DNA of 64,000 nt from Eledone cirrhosa. Taxonomy: Eukaryota. Made by a program: the position numbers and the translations under genes. The notes beneath the pieces were generated by a model, which was not told the DNA's origin, did no database searches, and worked only from the letters and a program-made list of their open reading frames with translations. The DNA is taken from positions 309,938,001-310,002,000 of the forward strand of contig OZ024740.1 of assembly GCA_964016885.1 (NCBI GenBank), written 5' to 3'. Below, piece after piece: positions 60,529 through 64,000 of the stretch (its first letter is position 1; each line of letters opens with the position of its first letter).

Positions 60529-61904
60529 AATATTAATTTAAATTAATATTTGACGATCACTAAGTTCTCGAAATATTTCATATTCATTTTACCGACTTTT
60601 AAAATCTCAGAAATGAATAATCAGATTAAGAATTAATGTATTCAGCCTTTTGATTTCATATTCACATTGGATCCGCTACTATAATTTTAAACTGTTTTGC
60701 ATTTTGATTAATTCAGTATGAATGAAAGGTAAACGAAAATGTAATGGAATAAACCTGAATTGTTAGCACTGTCGGAAACCATTTCGTTAAATGCGTTGTT
60801 ATTAGTGAGTGTATATATTTTATTCTGATTTATCTTCCCGTAAAGGTTTTGCAATTGTTAAATTGATATTTCTCTAATAGTGTGAATACTGACACTCTTT
60901 GACATTGTCCTTCAACCTTCACCACAATAGAGGGGTCATTCTATCACACATATTCTACAACTTACATTACTATGCCAACGAAATTAATCAATATTTCATT
61001 TGGATTTGAAGATATACGTAATAGTTAAGAGTTAACTGAACTAAATTATTTGTAGTACGTAATATCAGGATTATAGCTTTACTCGACTGAGTTTGGCAGG
61101 TAAAATGCTTAAAAGATTTACACTAAAATCAGCTTAGATTATTACATTAAAATTGTTAAAATTATCGTTCATTGAATGAATGAATAATATTTCCAACGAC
61201 AGATGTTAGAGTTTGGATGGAGGACAAACACAATAACGAAATGTGATAAATTTCAATTACAAATCGAAATGAAATTTCTACACTTACATTAAGAATGTCA
61301 TGTTTATCCGCAAAATAAAGGGTTTATGGATTTACATTCCAATTAAAGCAAGGAGAAGAGTAAAAGAGGAGATAGCATCTTTACTCATACTGCATCGTAT
61401 TCTAAGAGGAGTATACGATATTTGAAAAATTCTATATTGTTGGTATATTGTCGATTGATTAAAAAACGTTGGTAACTGGGTTGAGAGAGATATAGCAGCT
61501 TGATATTACTATAAATGAGTGTAATTGAAATTGAATTGTAGTATTGTTGTATGCAACGTTATGCAATTTTGCTTTTCATAAAATTAATCAATTTTGTTTG
61601 TCGCGCTCCGGTATGGCACTGCCATGAATTCGTGATTCAAAAACAGACATGTCTGTTTGATTATATTTTTTTTAGATGTTATAGAACAAGTATTTCAGTA
61701 GACAGTTACCTTTGTCTGCTTCACAGTTTAATAGAGCTACTGCTGAGAACATTTACATTGATCAGTATTTTATGACTATATTATAATATGAGATATCAAA
61801 AAGAATTAAGTATTTATTCTCTCAACCGCTTTTCAACACATACACAAGTGCATTCACACAAACCCGCACATACACTTTTCCATACACAAACATTTGAAAA
61901 CAGA

Positions 61905-62027
<123 letters not shown>

Positions 62028-62057
62028 ACACACACACACACATACACACACACACAC

Positions 62058-62222
62058 TGTTCGACAGCTAGGTCCGAACAGTTCGGATCAAGCTGTCGAA
62101 ACGGCCGGAGCTCAGCCTTCGGGGTCCTGACGCTTTTCCTATTACCCACTCTACTACACTAAGTATCGAGTACTCTGGTGCGTTATGGTCCAACTGGTTT
62201 CTTACCATACCTTCTTTGTTAT
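62058..62222 (+). mobile_element. Family X copy with longer head hairpin
   Basis: TTCGACAGCT-AGGTCCGAAC-A-GTTCGGATCA-AGCTGTCGAAACGGCCGG followed by the family body; lies between (CA)n and (TA)n/(TG)n. Confidence 0.8.
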
Positions 62223-62270
62223 ATATATATATATATATTTGTGTGTGTGTGTGTGTATGTGTGTGTGTGT

Positions 62271-62335
<65 letters not shown>

Positions 62336-62352
62336 TGTGTCTGTGTGTGTGC

Positions 62353-62402
<50 letters not shown>

Positions 62403-62654
62403 AATATATATTATGTATGTATAAAGTATCATAGTTAATATCAAGCATTGTAAACGACTGGTAGGATTCTGAAAGCCGGTACGATGTGGTAGAAATATAT
62501 AAAGGGAAATAATAACACATTTAACAAAACAAAGTAATGTTCTAGCCAGTATATTTCAACACAATATTTCCGGACTGTAACTTCCTTTGGACCTTTTGAA
62601 ATATAAAAATGAAAACCGTTCAAAACTAAACGAACGATAGATGCATTCTTCCCT

Positions 62655-62764
<110 letters not shown>

Positions 62765-64000
62765 GGGAAAAATAATTTCCCCTTTTCCGCCGCCCACCCA
62801 CCTATATAGTGAATTTTAGAAAGTATACCATAAATGTTTGGTAAATGTTTTTTACTGATTCTTAAACTGTCTTTGCATGATGTAGTAAAAATCCCAAAGG
62901 GAGTTAACAAATAACATTGATTCATGCGACAGCTGCTATACATATTAAAGAACAATTCAAAGCAAACGTGTCATGAAAGACTATTTTATTTTATTATAAA
63001 TTTAGTTTTATGTTGAAGGTAAGTTTATGTTTAGGTTTAGCGTTTCAAGTGATGGCTAAAATGAATATACAACAATAAAATATGCTGCAAATATTTTTTA
63101 TGTCTAATACTTTTTCGGCACTATTTTACTTTCGCTCCTGCAAGCAAATGTAACCATTGTTGGAATCACTCACTCGATGTTAAACATTGCACGACATTTG
63201 TGCACCGTTTAAAATCGAGTTAAAAACAGTGTACCACTTTTGACCGCTGTTTTAACACCGAATTAAAAACTGTGCACAACCTTTCTGCGCTGTTTTAACA
63301 TCGAATATCTAAGTTTCCTAAACGTAAACTATATACATAATTTATAATTAAATTTATTGATATACATTTGTAAACTGTTACAGATTTTAAAACATTCAAA
63401 ATCTACTCAGGGTAATGTGTTGTTCATGCATGAAAGACGTAAACGGAAAACATTAAACATTTTTTCCAGCATAAAACTATTACCATGGCTCGATTTGAGT
63501 AGATTTAGAATGCTTTAAGTGGGTACGGAAAAAATAAATAAACCCATATATGTAACCTGAAATAAATGCTGGTAACCTCTAGATAATCGTAGCTTATACG
63601 GGCTTCCATAGAGTTTTATAACATTAGTACTTATAATACCGTTTACCGAGGTTAAATTCGATTGTAACTACAGTGAATACAACTCTATATGCATTACAAC
63701 AATCATATAATATATTTATGTCAGAACATGAGTGCTGAAAATACCTGTCAAACAAATCATTGATACCAGTAACGTTAAATAATTCCGACACTTCTAACCT
63801 TCCATAAGCGAAAGGATAAACCATGTTAACATTTTTCGACTCTTCAGACAGTCGGTATATAAATACATTTTCTATGTTATATATAATTCTGATGATTTCT
63901 CTACAAAGGAACAACGTTTGGGGAAGAATGAAACATATGTAAATCATATTAACATGTTAATCGGTAAACCTTGGTGACCTATTATTTGTATTATATATGT

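Noticed and set aside
63170-63515. Imperfect ~45-bp tandem repeats and a 17-bp inverted pair (63392-63408 / 63496-63512)
   Set aside because: Too short and degenerate to classify.

Overview
AT-rich, microsatellite-dense eukaryotic DNA, either intergenic or intronic. The SINE types and repeat landscape suggest an invertebrate, most plausibly an octopus or other cephalopod (inference). I recognise no host protein-coding exon, and almost all ORFs in the supplied track are translations of (TA)n/(CA)n repeats. The real coding remnants are retrotransposons: a 5'-truncated CR1/L2-group LINE with an unbroken RT frame (18882-20595), a decayed CRE-like RLE element (49641-51770), several RTE fragments and four Penelope-like (PLE) GIY-YIG remnants. 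Two tRNA-derived SINE families are also present. The main hidden signal is at least eight apparently unrelated non-coding repeat families, each carrying a minimal type I hammerhead ribozyme motif (CUGANGA - stem II - GAAA - short, often palindromic stem III - NUH). They occur as inverted pairs, head-to-tail tandems or both, and most lie in or beside (TA)n tracts. They look like a diverse set of PLE-mobilised, retrozyme-like self-cleaving RNA elements. The set includes a U3-A8 covariant core and versions with greatly extended stem II. All folds were read by eye and ribozyme activity is untested.
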